64,000 nucleotides of DNA from Acidobacteriota bacterium (GTDB lineage: Bacteria > Acidobacteriota > Thermoanaerobaculia > Multivoradales > JAHEKO01): the NCBI GenBank assembly GCA_029862975.1, contig JAOTWP010000005.1:4484-68483 (forward strand). Direction: 5' to 3'. The notes beneath the pieces were generated by a model. That model was given only the letters and a program-made list of their open reading frames with translations. It did not search any database and was not told the origin of the DNA. How positions within the stretch are numbered: the first letter of the stretch is position 1; every line of letters starts with the position of its first letter. Positions 28,680-39,025 of this stretch are shown here, one piece after another. The translations under genes were made by a program, and so were the position numbers.

Positions 28680-29365
28680 CCCGCTACGAGCTGCTCGTCT
28701 TCGACTGGGACGGCACCCTCGTCGATTCGATCGGCTCCATCGTCGGCTGCACGCAGGAGGCGCTGGCCGCCGCCCGGGTGGCGGTCGCCCCGGCGGCGGC
28801 GATCCGCCGGACGATCGGCCTCGGTATCCGCGAGATGATCGATGAGCTCGTCCCGGGCTGCGACCAGGAGCTCTTCGAGCGCATCTGCAAGGCCTACCGG
28901 GAGCGCTGGTTCTCGCGGTTCGGCGGCCGGCATGCGCCGTTTCCCGGCGTGGCGGCGCTGCTCGCGGGGCTCGCCGCCGAGGGCTATCTCCTCGCGGTGG
29001 CGACCGCCAAGGGCCGGCGCGGTCTCGAGCTCGAGCTCGAGAGCACGGGCCTCGGGGCCTCGATCCATGCCAGCCGCACGGTCGACGAGGCCCCCGCCAA
29101 ACCGCATCCCGGAATGCTCGAGGGCCTCATGGCGGAGCTGGGCACGAGCCCGCCGCGGACGCTGATGATCGGCGACACCGCGCACGATCTGATGATGGCC
29201 GCCAACGCCGGCACGGGGGCGCTCGGCGTGCTGAGCGGCTCGCACACCCGCGCGGAGCTCGAGCGGGTCCCCCACCTGGCGATCCTCGACGGGGTGCGAG
29301 GTCTCTCCGCGTGGCTCGCGAGCTCCCCGCCGCGTGCCGAGAAGCGACGTCCCCCGGCCGGCTGA
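28676..29365 (+). CDS. HAD-superfamily hydrolase (phosphoglycolate phosphatase-like)
   Basis: LLVFDWDGTLVDS is DxDGT motif I, and IGDTAHDLMMA is motif IV. ATGA overlap with the nucleotidyltransferase gene. Confidence 0.82.
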   Translation: MTRYELLVFDWDGTLVDSIGSIVGCTQEALAAARVAVAPAAAIRRTIGLGIREMIDELVPGCDQELFERICKAYRERWFSRFGGRHAPFPGVAALLAGLAAEGYLLAVATAKGRRGLELELESTGLGASIHASRTVDEAPAKPHPGMLEGLMAELGTSPPRTLMIGDTAHDLMMAANAGTGALGVLSGSHTRAELERVPHLAILDGVRGLSAWLASSPPRAEKRRPPAG

Positions 29366-29463
29366 CCCGGCTGGACGGGAAGACGTCCACGCCACGGCGA
29401 GCACCGTGGGGTGCGTGTCTCCTTGTAGTCTGTTGGCCGGCAGGGGGGAGAAGGGCCGCGGCC

Positions 29464-29472
29464 TGCTAGACT
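29464..29472 (+). promoter_or_regulatory. candidate extended -10 promoter (TGcTAGACT) of the DUF2277 gene
   Basis: Same 15-mer CCTGCTAGACTGCCG as at 25648-25662. Lies 65 nt upstream of ATG 29538. Confidence 0.4.
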
Positions 29473-29537
29473 GCCGGCGGGCGGGCCGGCCGGCCGCGCC
29501 CCGGATTTCTCGAGCCGTGTTTCTCGAGGTTGGCGCC

Positions 29538-29819
29538 ATGTGCAGGAACATCAAGACCCTCTTCAACTTCGATCCGCCCGCGAGCGAAGCCGAGATCCGA
29601 GCTTCGGCCCTCCAGTTCGTACGCAAGCTCAGCGGCTTCAACCAGCCTTCGAAGGCGAACGAGGCAGCATTCGACCGCGCGGTCGACGGCGTCGCCGCGG
29701 TCGCCCGGGAGCTCCTCGGCTCCCTGGTCACCGCCGCGCAGCCGCGGGACCGCGCGGTGGAGGCGGCCAAGGCGCGGGACCGCGCCGCGCGGCGTTTCGG
29801 CGCCGCGGCGGGCGCTTGA
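29538..29819 (+). CDS. DUF2277 family protein
   Basis: MCRNIKTLFNFDPPASEAEIRASALQFVRKLSGFNQPSKANEAAFDRAV is the characteristic conserved N-terminus of this family, recalled from memory. Confidence 0.75.
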   Translation: MCRNIKTLFNFDPPASEAEIRASALQFVRKLSGFNQPSKANEAAFDRAVDGVAAVARELLGSLVTAAQPRDRAVEAAKARDRAARRFGAAAGA

Positions 29820-29850
29820 TGCGCCCCGCGGCCATTTCGCCCGGGCCGGC

Positions 29851-29859
29851 TGCTACACT
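29851..29859 (+). promoter_or_regulatory. candidate extended -10 promoter (TGcTACACT) of the RRM gene
   Basis: Intergenic, about 100 nt upstream of the RRM coding region. Confidence 0.35.
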
Positions 29860-29966
29860 GCGCCTGCGTTTGGGCCTGACGCCTCGCGGCCGCGTCCCGA
29901 AGAAGGTCGACGGGCTCGAGGGTCGGTGCCATTGAAGGCGGCCCGTTCAAGAGAAAGGAACATGCC

Positions 29967-30326
29967 ATCGCTGCGAAAGTTTTTGTAGGAAACCTCAGCT
30001 TCGAGACCCTCCCCACCGATCTCGAGGCCCTGTTCTCGTCGGCCGGCGACATCGTGGAAGTGTTTCTGCCGGCCGATCGTGCCACCGGCAGGCCGCGGGG
30101 GTTCGCCTTCGTGGAGTTCGCCGACGACGAAGGCGCGGCACGGGCGATCGAGGAGTTCGACGGCCACGAGCTCGCTGGCCGCAACCTCCGGGTCAACGCC
30201 GCCGAAGCGCGGCCGCCGCGGCCGAGCTTCGACAACGGCCCGCCGCCACGGGGCCGCGACCAGGGCAGACCCTCGCGACCCAAGGGCAGCCGCCGCAACG
30301 CCCGGCGCAAGAAGCGCAGCCTCTAG
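29967..30326 (+). CDS. RRM-type RNA-binding protein with an Arg/Gly/Pro-rich tail; start codon unresolved
   Basis: RNP1 is RGFAFVEF and RNP2 is KVFVGNL. RNP2 lies upstream of the first canonical in-frame start (GTG 30054), so the ORF-track version is truncated. ATC 29967 sits 7 nt after an AAGGA Shine-Dalgarno. The stop at 30324-30326 is secure. Confidence 0.7.
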   Translation: MAAKVFVGNLSFETLPTDLEALFSSAGDIVEVFLPADRATGRPRGFAFVEFADDEGAARAIEEFDGHELAGRNLRVNAAEARPPRPSFDNGPPPRGRDQGRPSRPKGSRRNARRKKRSL

Positions 30327-30370
30327 GCGGCGCGTGCGCTCGCGCGCTGGCGCGCCGTCGAGGAGCTTTC

Positions 30371-32338
30371 GTGCAGCTGATCCGCGTCGCCAGCGTCGCC
30401 CTCAACCAGACGCCGCTCGATTGGGACGGCAACCGCGACCGCATCGCGGCGGCGCTCGCCGCCGCGCGGCGGGCCGGTGCCACGATCGTGTGCCTGCCCG
30501 AGCTGGCCGTGAGCGGCTATGGCTGCGAGGACGCCTTCCTGTCGCCCGGCGTCCACCGCACGGCGCGCGAGGTGCTGGTCGAGCTGCTGGCCGAGACTCA
30601 CGGCCTCGTCGCCTGTCTCGGCCTGCCGATCTTCCACCGCAAGGCCCTCTACAACACCGTCTGTCTGGCCGTCGACGGCCGGCCGATCGGCTTCGTCGGC
30701 AAGCAGTACCTGGCCGGCGACGGGGTGCACTACGAGCCGCGCTGGTTCCGGCCCTGGCCGGCCGGCGCGCGCGAGGTGACGGAGGTCGGCGGGCGCGAGG
30801 TGCCCATCGGCGACCTCCTCTTCGACTGCGGCGGGGTGGTGATCGGCTTCGAGATCTGCGAAGACGCCTGGGTGGCGCAACGCCCGGGCGCCGAGCTGGC
30901 TCTCGCGGGGGCGGACGTGATCCTGAACCCGAGCGCCAGCCACTTCGCGTTCGGCAAGCAGGCCATTCGCCGGCGCTACGTCGCCGAGGGCTCTCGCGCC
31001 TTCGGGGTGACCTACGTCTACAGCGACCCGCTCGGCAACGAGGCGGGGCGGATGATCTACGACGGCGGCACGCTCATCGCCCACAACGGCGAGATCGTGG
31101 CGGCCGGTCGCCGCTTCTCTTTTGCCGACTGGACGCTCGCCACCGCGGTGGTCGACGTCGAGGAGAGCCGGATGCGCCAGGCCCGCCCCGCCAGCCGGCG
31201 GACGCTGCCGACCGTCGCGCCGGTGCGAGCCCCCTTCGCGTTCCCGCCCCTGCGGCCCGAGGCAGGCGCGGCGGCGGCGGCGGACTGGGAGGAGGGCTCC
31301 AGCCTCAAGGAGGAGGAGTTCCGGCGGGCCGTCGCCCTCGGTCTCTTCGACTACCTGCGCAAGAGCCGCGCGCGGGGCTTCGTCGTGTCCATGTCGGGAG
31401 GGGCCGATTCGGCGGCCGTCGCCTGTCTCGTGGGTCAGATGGCCGAGCTGGCGGTCGCCGAGCTCGGCCTCGAGGGCGCCCTGGAGCGGCTGCGGCACGT
31501 TCCCGAGCTGGCGGGCGTCGGCTCGCAGCGCGAGCTCGTCGAGCAGCTCCTGACCTGCGTCTACCAATCGACGGCCAACAGCTCGGAAACGACGCGCGCG
31601 GCCGCCGGGGCGGTCGCGCAAGCCCTGGGTGCGACGTTCCTTGAGCTCGACGTCGAGCCGATCGTCGGTGCCTACCGGCGGCTCGTCGGCGACGCCGTGG
31701 GCCGCGAGCCGAGCTGGGAGACGGACGACGTCGCCCTCCAGAACATCCAGGCGCGCGGCCGCGGACCCGGCGTCTGGATGCTCGCCAACCTCCGCTCCGC
31801 GCTCCTGCTGGCCACCTCGAACCGCTCCGAGGCGGCGGTGGGCTACGCCACGATGGACGGCGACACCTGCGGCGGACTGTCGCCGATCGCCGGCATCGAC
31901 AAGGCCTTTCTCCGCCATTGGCTGCGCTGGCACGAGGCCGCGGTGCCGGCGCTGGCCGCCGTCAACGCCCAGCAGCCGACGGCCGAGCTGCGACCGCCGG
32001 GCGCCGGCCAGACCGACGAGCGCGACCTCATGCCCTACCCCCTGCTCGACGCCATCGAGGGCGCGGCGATCCGCGACAAGCACACGCCGCTCGAGACGTT
32101 CCTCGAGATGCGGGCGCAGTTTCCGGAGGTCGAGCCGCGCCAGCTCGGGCGCTGGGTGGAGCGTTTCTTCGACCTGTGGTGCCGCAATCAGTGGAAGCGC
32201 GAGCGCTACGCACCGTCGTTCCATCTCGACGACAAGAACCTCGATCCCAAGACCTCGTGCCGGTTTCCCATTCTCTCGGGCGGCTTCGCCCGTGAGCTCG
32301 GGCAGCTGCGCGCCCACGTCGACGAGCTCGCCTCCTGA
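30371..32338 (+). CDS. nadE: glutamine-dependent NAD+ synthetase (CN-hydrolase + NAD synthetase domains)
   Basis: N-terminal nitrilase-like domain (CLPELAVSGYGCEDAF, catalytic FEICED). C-terminal domain carries the SGGADSA PP-loop. Confidence 0.9.
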   Translation: MQLIRVASVALNQTPLDWDGNRDRIAAALAAARRAGATIVCLPELAVSGYGCEDAFLSPGVHRTAREVLVELLAETHGLVACLGLPIFHRKALYNTVCLAVDGRPIGFVGKQYLAGDGVHYEPRWFRPWPAGAREVTEVGGREVPIGDLLFDCGGVVIGFEICEDAWVAQRPGAELALAGADVILNPSASHFAFGKQAIRRRYVAEGSRAFGVTYVYSDPLGNEAGRMIYDGGTLIAHNGEIVAAGRRFSFADWTLATAVVDVEESRMRQARPASRRTLPTVAPVRAPFAFPPLRPEAGAAAAADWEEGSSLKEEEFRRAVALGLFDYLRKSRARGFVVSMSGGADSAAVACLVGQMAELAVAELGLEGALERLRHVPELAGVGSQRELVEQLLTCVYQSTANSSETTRAAAGAVAQALGATFLELDVEPIVGAYRRLVGDAVGREPSWETDDVALQNIQARGRGPGVWMLANLRSALLLATSNRSEAAVGYATMDGDTCGGLSPIAGIDKAFLRHWLRWHEAAVPALAAVNAQQPTAELRPPGAGQTDERDLMPYPLLDAIEGAAIRDKHTPLETFLEMRAQFPEVEPRQLGRWVERFFDLWCRNQWKRERYAPSFHLDDKNLDPKTSCRFPILSGGFARELGQLRAHVDELAS

Positions 32339-32365
32339 GCAACGGCGTTCGCCGGGCCCGCCCGC

Positions 32366-32977
32366 TCAGGACGGGTCCTCCGGGCCGGGGTCGCCCGCGG
32401 TGTCGATGCGCTTCAGCGCGGCGAGCTCGGACTCGAGCTCGGCGACCTCGGCCGCGAGGTCGCGGGCCCGCCGCGCGAGGGCCGCGAGGCGCCCCTCGAG
32501 GTCGGCCCGCGCCTCGTCCCGGTTCTCCACCTCCAAGCGCAGGCGGCTTTCGGCCTCGGCGACCAGGCGCAGGACGGCGTCGAGCCGCGCCAGCCGCTCG
32601 TTCTTGACCACGAGCTCGGCCGCGAGGCGGCCGGCGCGGCGGCGCGCCTCGCCGGCGGCGAGGAGCCGGCGCGCCGCGGAGGCCTCGGCCGAGCTCGGGA
32701 AGCGGGAGATCAGCAGGCGCAGATGGCGATCGCCGCGCCCCACGCCGAGGTCCGGGCGGTCCTCCTCGGCGTCGGCGAGCGCGGCGTGGGCGAGCGCCAG
32801 CCGCAGGAGGATCGCGGCGTCGCGGCGGTTGGTCGCCGGTCGCCGCCCGAGAGCGCTCTCGTAGGCGTCGATCGCGGCGCCGTAGTCGCCGGCCGCAAAG
32901 TGCCGGTCGCCGCGCCGGCCGGCGCAGCCGGCCACCGCGAGGCAGGCCACGGCGAGCAGCGCGACGGCCGTCCTCAC
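32366..32977 (-). CDS. lipoprotein with a TPR-like N-terminal part and a long coiled coil
   Basis: GTG at 32977 overlaps the kinase stop (GTGA). Has the lipobox LAVAGC, and its C-terminal half is heptad-like (LEVENRDEARADLEGRLAALARRARDLAAEVAELESELAALK). Confidence 0.65.
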   Translation of the reverse strand: MRTAVALLAVACLAVAGCAGRRGDRHFAAGDYGAAIDAYESALGRRPATNRRDAAILLRLALAHAALADAEEDRPDLGVGRGDRHLRLLISRFPSSAEASAARRLLAAGEARRRAGRLAAELVVKNERLARLDAVLRLVAEAESRLRLEVENRDEARADLEGRLAALARRARDLAAEVAELESELAALKRIDTAGDPGPEDPS

Positions 32978-34479
32978 CCCACCCTCCCGCTCGCGGCGCG
33001 GGCGGCGGCCGGCCGGCTGGCGGCGCCGAGCTCGACTCCGAAGACGCTCCCTGCCGGCAGGTTCTCGCGCACCCAGATGCGGCCGCCATGGGCGGTGACG
33101 ATCTCGCGACTGATGGCCAGCCCGAGGCCGAAGCCGCGCGCCGGGGGGCCGGCGCCGCGGTGGAACTTCTCGAAGATCGTCTCGCGCAGCTCCGGCGGCA
33201 CGCCGGGGCCCTCGTCGCTGACCGTGATGAGGGCGCGCTGGACGTGGCCCGTAGCGCTCCACGGCGGCCGCGCCGCGGGCTCCGCCGGCGCCTCGAGAGC
33301 GACCCTGACGCGGCTGCCGGCGGGCGCGAACTTGAGCGCGTTGGCGAGGAGGTTCGCGAGCACCTGCAGCAGCCGATCGCGGTCGCAGCGCGCCAGGACG
33401 TCGCGGCCGGGCAGCGCCAGCTCGAGGGCGATGCCGCGCTCGCGAGCCGTCGCGGAGAACTCGTCGACCGCGGTCTCGAGCAGGGCGCCGAGCTCGTGGG
33501 GGGCGAACGCGTACTCCATGGCGCCGGCCTCGAGGCGCGACAGGTCGAGGATCCTGCCGATCATCGCCGACAGCCGCAGTGCCCCGTCGCGGTTGAGCTC
33601 GAGCATCCGCCGCTGCTCCCCGGTGAGCGGGCCGGCGAGGCCGTCGAGCACCAGCTGATTGGTCTCGCGCATGGCGACGAGCGGCGTGTTGAGCTCGTGC
33701 GAGACGTGGGACAGGAAGTCCCGCTTGAGGCCCTCGAGCTCGCTCAGGCGCCGCACCATGTGGTTGAAGCTCGCCGCGACGGCGGCGAGCTCGTCGCCGC
33801 CGGACTCGTCGAGCCGCAGGGCGAAACGGCCGGCCGCGACGTCGCGGGTGCCGGCGGTGAGCCGGCGCAGCGGCCGGTGGAGCGAGCGGATGGTCCACCC
33901 CAAGAGCGGCAGGGCGACGAGGAGGGCGGCGGCGACCACGAGCCAGGCGACCCGCTTGGTGGCGGAGACCGTACGCCGCGCCGCGCGCTTGGTGCTCGCC
34001 AGGTGGCGCTCGCTGGCGGCGGACAGGGCGCCGAGGCGGGCGTCGAGGAGGCGGATCGCCGCGAGGTGGGGGCCGAGAGCGGTGGCGGCCGGCGGCCGCG
34101 CCGTCTCGTCTCGCAGCAGCGGCGGCAGGCGCCGGTACTGGCGCCAGGCGACCTGCAGGCCGGCGACCGCGTCGCGCTCGCCGGCGGACAGCTCGAGCGC
34201 CGCCAGCGCCCGCAGCCTCGTGGCGGCCTCGTCGCGCACCCGCTCCAGGGTCTCGAGGTAATCGGCGCCGGAGACGTCGACCTTGCGCGAGAACTCGTCG
34301 AGCTCCTCGAAGAGGCGCCCGAGAGCGAGATTGGCGGCGCCCACCTGGAAGGTCGTGGTGGGCAGACTGCGGGAGATCTCGGCCAGGCGCTGGACCCACC
34401 AGAGGTGGAGCGCGAGGACGAGCAGGAGCAGGGCGATCAGCGCCGCGGTGAGGGTGACGATCCTGGTCGCGACCCGCAT
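32974..34479 (-). CDS. sensor histidine kinase (TM-sensor-HAMP-HisKA-HATPase)
   Basis: H-box FLSHVSHELNTPL, N-box LLANALKF and G-boxes DEGPGVP / GFGLGLAISREIV. Confidence 0.9.
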   Translation of the reverse strand: MRVATRIVTLTAALIALLLLVLALHLWWVQRLAEISRSLPTTTFQVGAANLALGRLFEELDEFSRKVDVSGADYLETLERVRDEAATRLRALAALELSAGERDAVAGLQVAWRQYRRLPPLLRDETARPPAATALGPHLAAIRLLDARLGALSAASERHLASTKRAARRTVSATKRVAWLVVAAALLVALPLLGWTIRSLHRPLRRLTAGTRDVAAGRFALRLDESGGDELAAVAASFNHMVRRLSELEGLKRDFLSHVSHELNTPLVAMRETNQLVLDGLAGPLTGEQRRMLELNRDGALRLSAMIGRILDLSRLEAGAMEYAFAPHELGALLETAVDEFSATARERGIALELALPGRDVLARCDRDRLLQVLANLLANALKFAPAGSRVRVALEAPAEPAARPPWSATGHVQRALITVSDEGPGVPPELRETIFEKFHRGAGPPARGFGLGLAISREIVTAHGGRIWVRENLPAGSVFGVELGAASRPAAARAASGRVG

Positions 34480-35856
34480 CTACTTGCGGCCCGCCGCGCG
34501 ACCGTAGGCGCGCAGCTTGTTGCGGACAGTCTTCACGTCGACGCCAAGCCGCCGCGCCGCCTCGGACTTGTTGTCGCCGCACTGGGCGAGGGTCTCGAGG
34601 ACGACGATGCGCTCGGCCTCGGAGGCGGTGACGTCCGGCGGCAGGACGATCCCCCGGCGCCGGGCGACGGAGCCGTCGCGCAGAAACGGCGGCAGATGGA
34701 CGCTTTCGATCCAGCCCTCGCGCGCCAGGATCATCGCCCGCTCCATGACGTTGCGAAGCTCGCGGACGTTGCCGGGCCAGTGGTACTCGCCCATCAGATC
34801 GAGAGCTTCGGCGCTGACGCCGGCGACGTCCACGCGATGCTTGTCGTTGAAGCTCGAGATGAAGTGCTGGGCCAGCAGCGCGAGGTCCTCGAGCCGCGCG
34901 CGAAGCGGCGGCAGCTCGACGGTGAACACGTTGAGCCGGTAGAAGAGGTCGGCGCGCAGCAGCCCCTCTTCGACGGCGGCCAGTGGGTCGCGGTGGGTCG
35001 CCGCCAGGACCCTCACGTCGACCGCGATCTCGCGCCGCCCGCCGAGCCGGCGCACGAGGCCGTCCTCGAGAACGCGGAGAAAGCGCGGCTGCAGCGCGAC
35101 GGGCATCTCGGCGATCTCGTCGAGGAAGAGGATGCCGCCGTCCGCCATCTCGAAGCAGCCCGGCCGCGCGGTGGTGGCGCCGGTGAAGGCGCCGGCCTGA
35201 TGGCCGAAGAGCTCGCTCTCGACCAGCCCCTCCGGCAGGGCCGCGGTGTTGATCGCCACGAGCGGCGCGGCGGAGCGCGAGCTCAGGCGATGGATCGCCT
35301 GGGCGGCGACCTCCTTGCCGGTGCCGCTCTCGCCCGTGAGGATCACCGAGGCCTCGCTGGCCGCCACGATCCGGACGAGCTTCTGCACCTCCCGCATCGC
35401 GCGGCTCGTGCCGATGAGGCCGCCCACGCCGGGGCTGCCGCGCAGGCGGCGCTCGAGCCGGGTCGTCTCGCGCTGGCGCTCCAACCGGCGCTCGGCGGCC
35501 GTCAGCAGCGAGCGCAGCTTGCCGTAGTCGAGCGGCTTGGTGAGGAAGTCGAGCGCGCCCCGCTTCATGGCTTCGACGGCCGCGTCGATGCTGCCGAAGG
35601 CGGTGATCAGGATCACGGGGCGTCCCGGAGCGGGACCGCGCAAGAGGTCGAGCAGCTCGAGGCCGCTCGCGTCGGGCAGCACGACGTCGGAGATCACGAG
35701 GTCGGGCCGCGCCCGGTCGAGCACCGCCCGGGCGGCGGCGCCGTCGGCGGCCAGCTCGACGCCGTAGCCCCAGTCGCGAAGCCTGAGCGCGAGAACCTCG
35801 CGCACGGCGGCCTCGTCGTCGACGACGAGGATCGTGCTGCCGTCGGGGGTGGCCAT
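34480..35856 (-). CDS. sigma-54-dependent response regulator (NtrC family: REC-AAA+-Fis HTH)
   Basis: REC domain ILVVDDE...ISDVVLPD. AAA+ domain with GESGTGKE, the GAFTGA loop (HQAGAFTGA) and WPGNVRELRNV. C-terminal HTH NKSEAARRLGVDVKTVRNKL. Start at ATG 35856. Confidence 0.93.
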   Translation of the reverse strand: MATPDGSTILVVDDEAAVREVLALRLRDWGYGVELAADGAAARAVLDRARPDLVISDVVLPDASGLELLDLLRGPAPGRPVILITAFGSIDAAVEAMKRGALDFLTKPLDYGKLRSLLTAAERRLERQRETTRLERRLRGSPGVGGLIGTSRAMREVQKLVRIVAASEASVILTGESGTGKEVAAQAIHRLSSRSAAPLVAINTAALPEGLVESELFGHQAGAFTGATTARPGCFEMADGGILFLDEIAEMPVALQPRFLRVLEDGLVRRLGGRREIAVDVRVLAATHRDPLAAVEEGLLRADLFYRLNVFTVELPPLRARLEDLALLAQHFISSFNDKHRVDVAGVSAEALDLMGEYHWPGNVRELRNVMERAMILAREGWIESVHLPPFLRDGSVARRRGIVLPPDVTASEAERIVVLETLAQCGDNKSEAARRLGVDVKTVRNKLRAYGRAAGRK

Positions 35857-35872
35857 CGTCCCAGTGTGCCGG

Positions 35873-35900
35873 AAAGGGGGGTCTTGTTTCTGTGACCCCC
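35873..35900 (-). terminator. hairpin after the PCD gene (possible weak intrinsic terminator or attenuator)
   Basis: The minus strand reads GGGGGTC-acagaaacaa-GACCCCC followed by CTTTCC. It lies 36 nt after the PCD stop, and its last base is 16 nt before the response-regulator ATG. Confidence 0.4.
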
Positions 35901-35936
35901 TTGGCATCGACCGCCGGGGACCCGGCGCGCCGCTCC

Positions 35937-36275
35937 CTAGCCGGCCGGCAGCAGGCGATCGGCCTTGGCCGCCCAGATGAAGTCGGCGTCGGCGAGGCCG
36001 TCGATCTTGTGGGTGTAGATGGTCAGGTGGACCCGCCCCCAGGCGAGGCGGATCTCGGGGTGGTGGCCGACCTCCTCCGCCAGCGCGCCCACCCGGTTGG
36101 TGAACGCGAGCGCCGCGCGGAAGTCGGCGAAGCGGTAGGTCTTCTCGAGCTGATGATCGTCGACGAGCTGCCAGCCGTTGCCGAGCTCTTCGTGCCAGCG
36201 CCGCAGCTCGGCGCCGGCCAGGGGCGCCACCCCGCCGCGGCACGGGTTGCACTCGCGGGCAGCCAGGTCGCTCAT
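35937..36275 (-). CDS. 4a-hydroxytetrahydrobiopterin (pterin-4a-carbinolamine) dehydratase
   Basis: 112 aa with FRAALAFTNRVGALAEEVGHHPEI...V.LTIYTHKIDGL, the PCD signature. ATGA overlap with the upstream hydratase gene. Confidence 0.88.
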   Translation of the reverse strand: MSDLAARECNPCRGGVAPLAGAELRRWHEELGNGWQLVDDHQLEKTYRFADFRAALAFTNRVGALAEEVGHHPEIRLAWGRVHLTIYTHKIDGLADADFIWAAKADRLLPAG

Positions 36276-37063
36276 CGTGTCTTCCGTCCGTCCGCCGCGC
36301 TCTTGTCGGCCAGCCGGGCGACGAGGGCGCCCAGAGCCTCCTGGGTCTCCTCGCTGAACCAGAGCCCGACCACGTCTTCCTCCGAGCTGCGGTCGAGGGA
36401 GATCATGCGCACGAGGTCCGCGCGCAGGATCGCGCGCGTGGCGAGCATCGCCCGGCGCGGCAGCGCGAGCAACCCCCGCAGGTAGTCGAGCGCCCGCTCG
36501 ACCACCGCGCCGGGCGGCGCCAGCTCGTCGACCAGGCCCAGCCGCAGCGCCTCTGGTGCCGGGACGAGGACCCCGCCGACGGCCAGCCTCTCGGCCTGGC
36601 GATGGCCGACGAGGAGGCGCAGCGGTCCGTAGATCGCCTCCGAGAGCGAGAGCCCCACGCGCACCTCGTTGAGGCCGATCCGGAAGTCGCCCTCGGCCAT
36701 CACGCGGTAGTCGCAGTAGAGCGTCAGGACGGCGCCCCCGGCCGGGCCGTGGCCGGTGACGGCGGCGGCGACCGGCACGGGAGAGGCGGCGAGCGCTCGC
36801 AGGAGGCCGAAGAACTCGCGCCACAGACCGGCGATTCCCGGCCGGTCGAGGCGCATGAGGGCGGGTACGTCGAGGCCGGCCGAGAAGAGCCCCTCGCGCC
36901 CGGAGAGGACGAGGGCCTCGAAACCCGCGGCTGGGGCCGCCTCGACCGCCGAGCGCAGCGCCGCCAGCAGCTCCGTGTCGAGGGCGTTGGCCGGCGGCCG
37001 CTCGAGTCGCAGCTCGAGGATGGATTCATGTTCGATGCGCGCGAGCATCTCGAGCGGTGTCAA
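36272..37063 (-). CDS. enoyl-CoA hydratase/isomerase (crotonase) family protein
   Basis: LRLERPPANALD...VLSGREGLFSAGLDV...AAVTGHGPAGGAVL. Start is TTG 37063 or ATG 37048. Confidence 0.82.
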   Translation of the reverse strand: MTPLEMLARIEHESILELRLERPPANALDTELLAALRSAVEAAPAAGFEALVLSGREGLFSAGLDVPALMRLDRPGIAGLWREFFGLLRALAASPVPVAAAVTGHGPAGGAVLTLYCDYRVMAEGDFRIGLNEVRVGLSLSEAIYGPLRLLVGHRQAERLAVGGVLVPAPEALRLGLVDELAPPGAVVERALDYLRGLLALPRRAMLATRAILRADLVRMISLDRSSEEDVVGLWFSEETQEALGALVARLADKSAADGRKTR

Positions 37064-37081
37064 CCGGTGACGTGAAACGCG

Positions 37082-37112
37082 GGAAAAGAAGAGCCGCCCT
37101 CGCGGGCGGCTC
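37082..37112 (-). terminator. intrinsic terminator downstream of tRNA-Asn
   Basis: The minus strand reads GAGCCGCCC-gcga-GGGCGGCTC followed directly by TTCTTTTCCC. Confidence 0.7.
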
Positions 37113-37121
37113 GGACGTTGC

Positions 37122-37196
37122 TGGCTCCCCGGGAGGGATTTGAACCCCCGACCAATCGGTTAACAGCCGACCGCTCTACCACTGAGCTACCGAGGA
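37122..37196 (-). tRNA. tRNA-Asn (anticodon GTT), CCA encoded
   Basis: The reverse complement is TCCTCGGTAGCTCAGTGGTAGAGCGGTCGGCTGTTAACCGATTGGTCGGGGGTTCAAATCCCTCCCGGGGAGCCA. Anticodon loop CTGTTAA, T-loop GGTTCAAATCC. Confidence 0.92.
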
Positions 37197-37287
37197 TCGA
37201 GCGCGCGGCACCCGCCGCGAGCTGGGACGGTAATCCTAGGTTCGCCGCCCATGAGTGTCAACCGCCGGCCGAGCTCCCGGGCGCCGA

Positions 37288-38982
<1,695 letters not shown>

Positions 38983-39025
38983 GTTCTTGGAGCTCCTTCT
39001 GTGCTTGCTGAAGAGAACGCGGTCG

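Noticed and set aside
29506-29528. Direct repeat TTTCTCGAG-N5-TTTCTCGAG in the DUF2277 5' region as an operator
   Set aside because: The same 9-mer also occurs inside coding regions as Phe-Leu-Glu codons (10126-10134 in dnaX, 13507-13515 in the cNMP gene). It is therefore a common word in this genome. Two copies 14 nt apart remain mildly suggestive, but the evidence is not strong enough.
37064-37080. CGGTGACGTGAAAC as a third parS site
   Set aside because: Only the right half (CGTGAAAC) matches. The left half matches the consensus at 3 of 7 positions.
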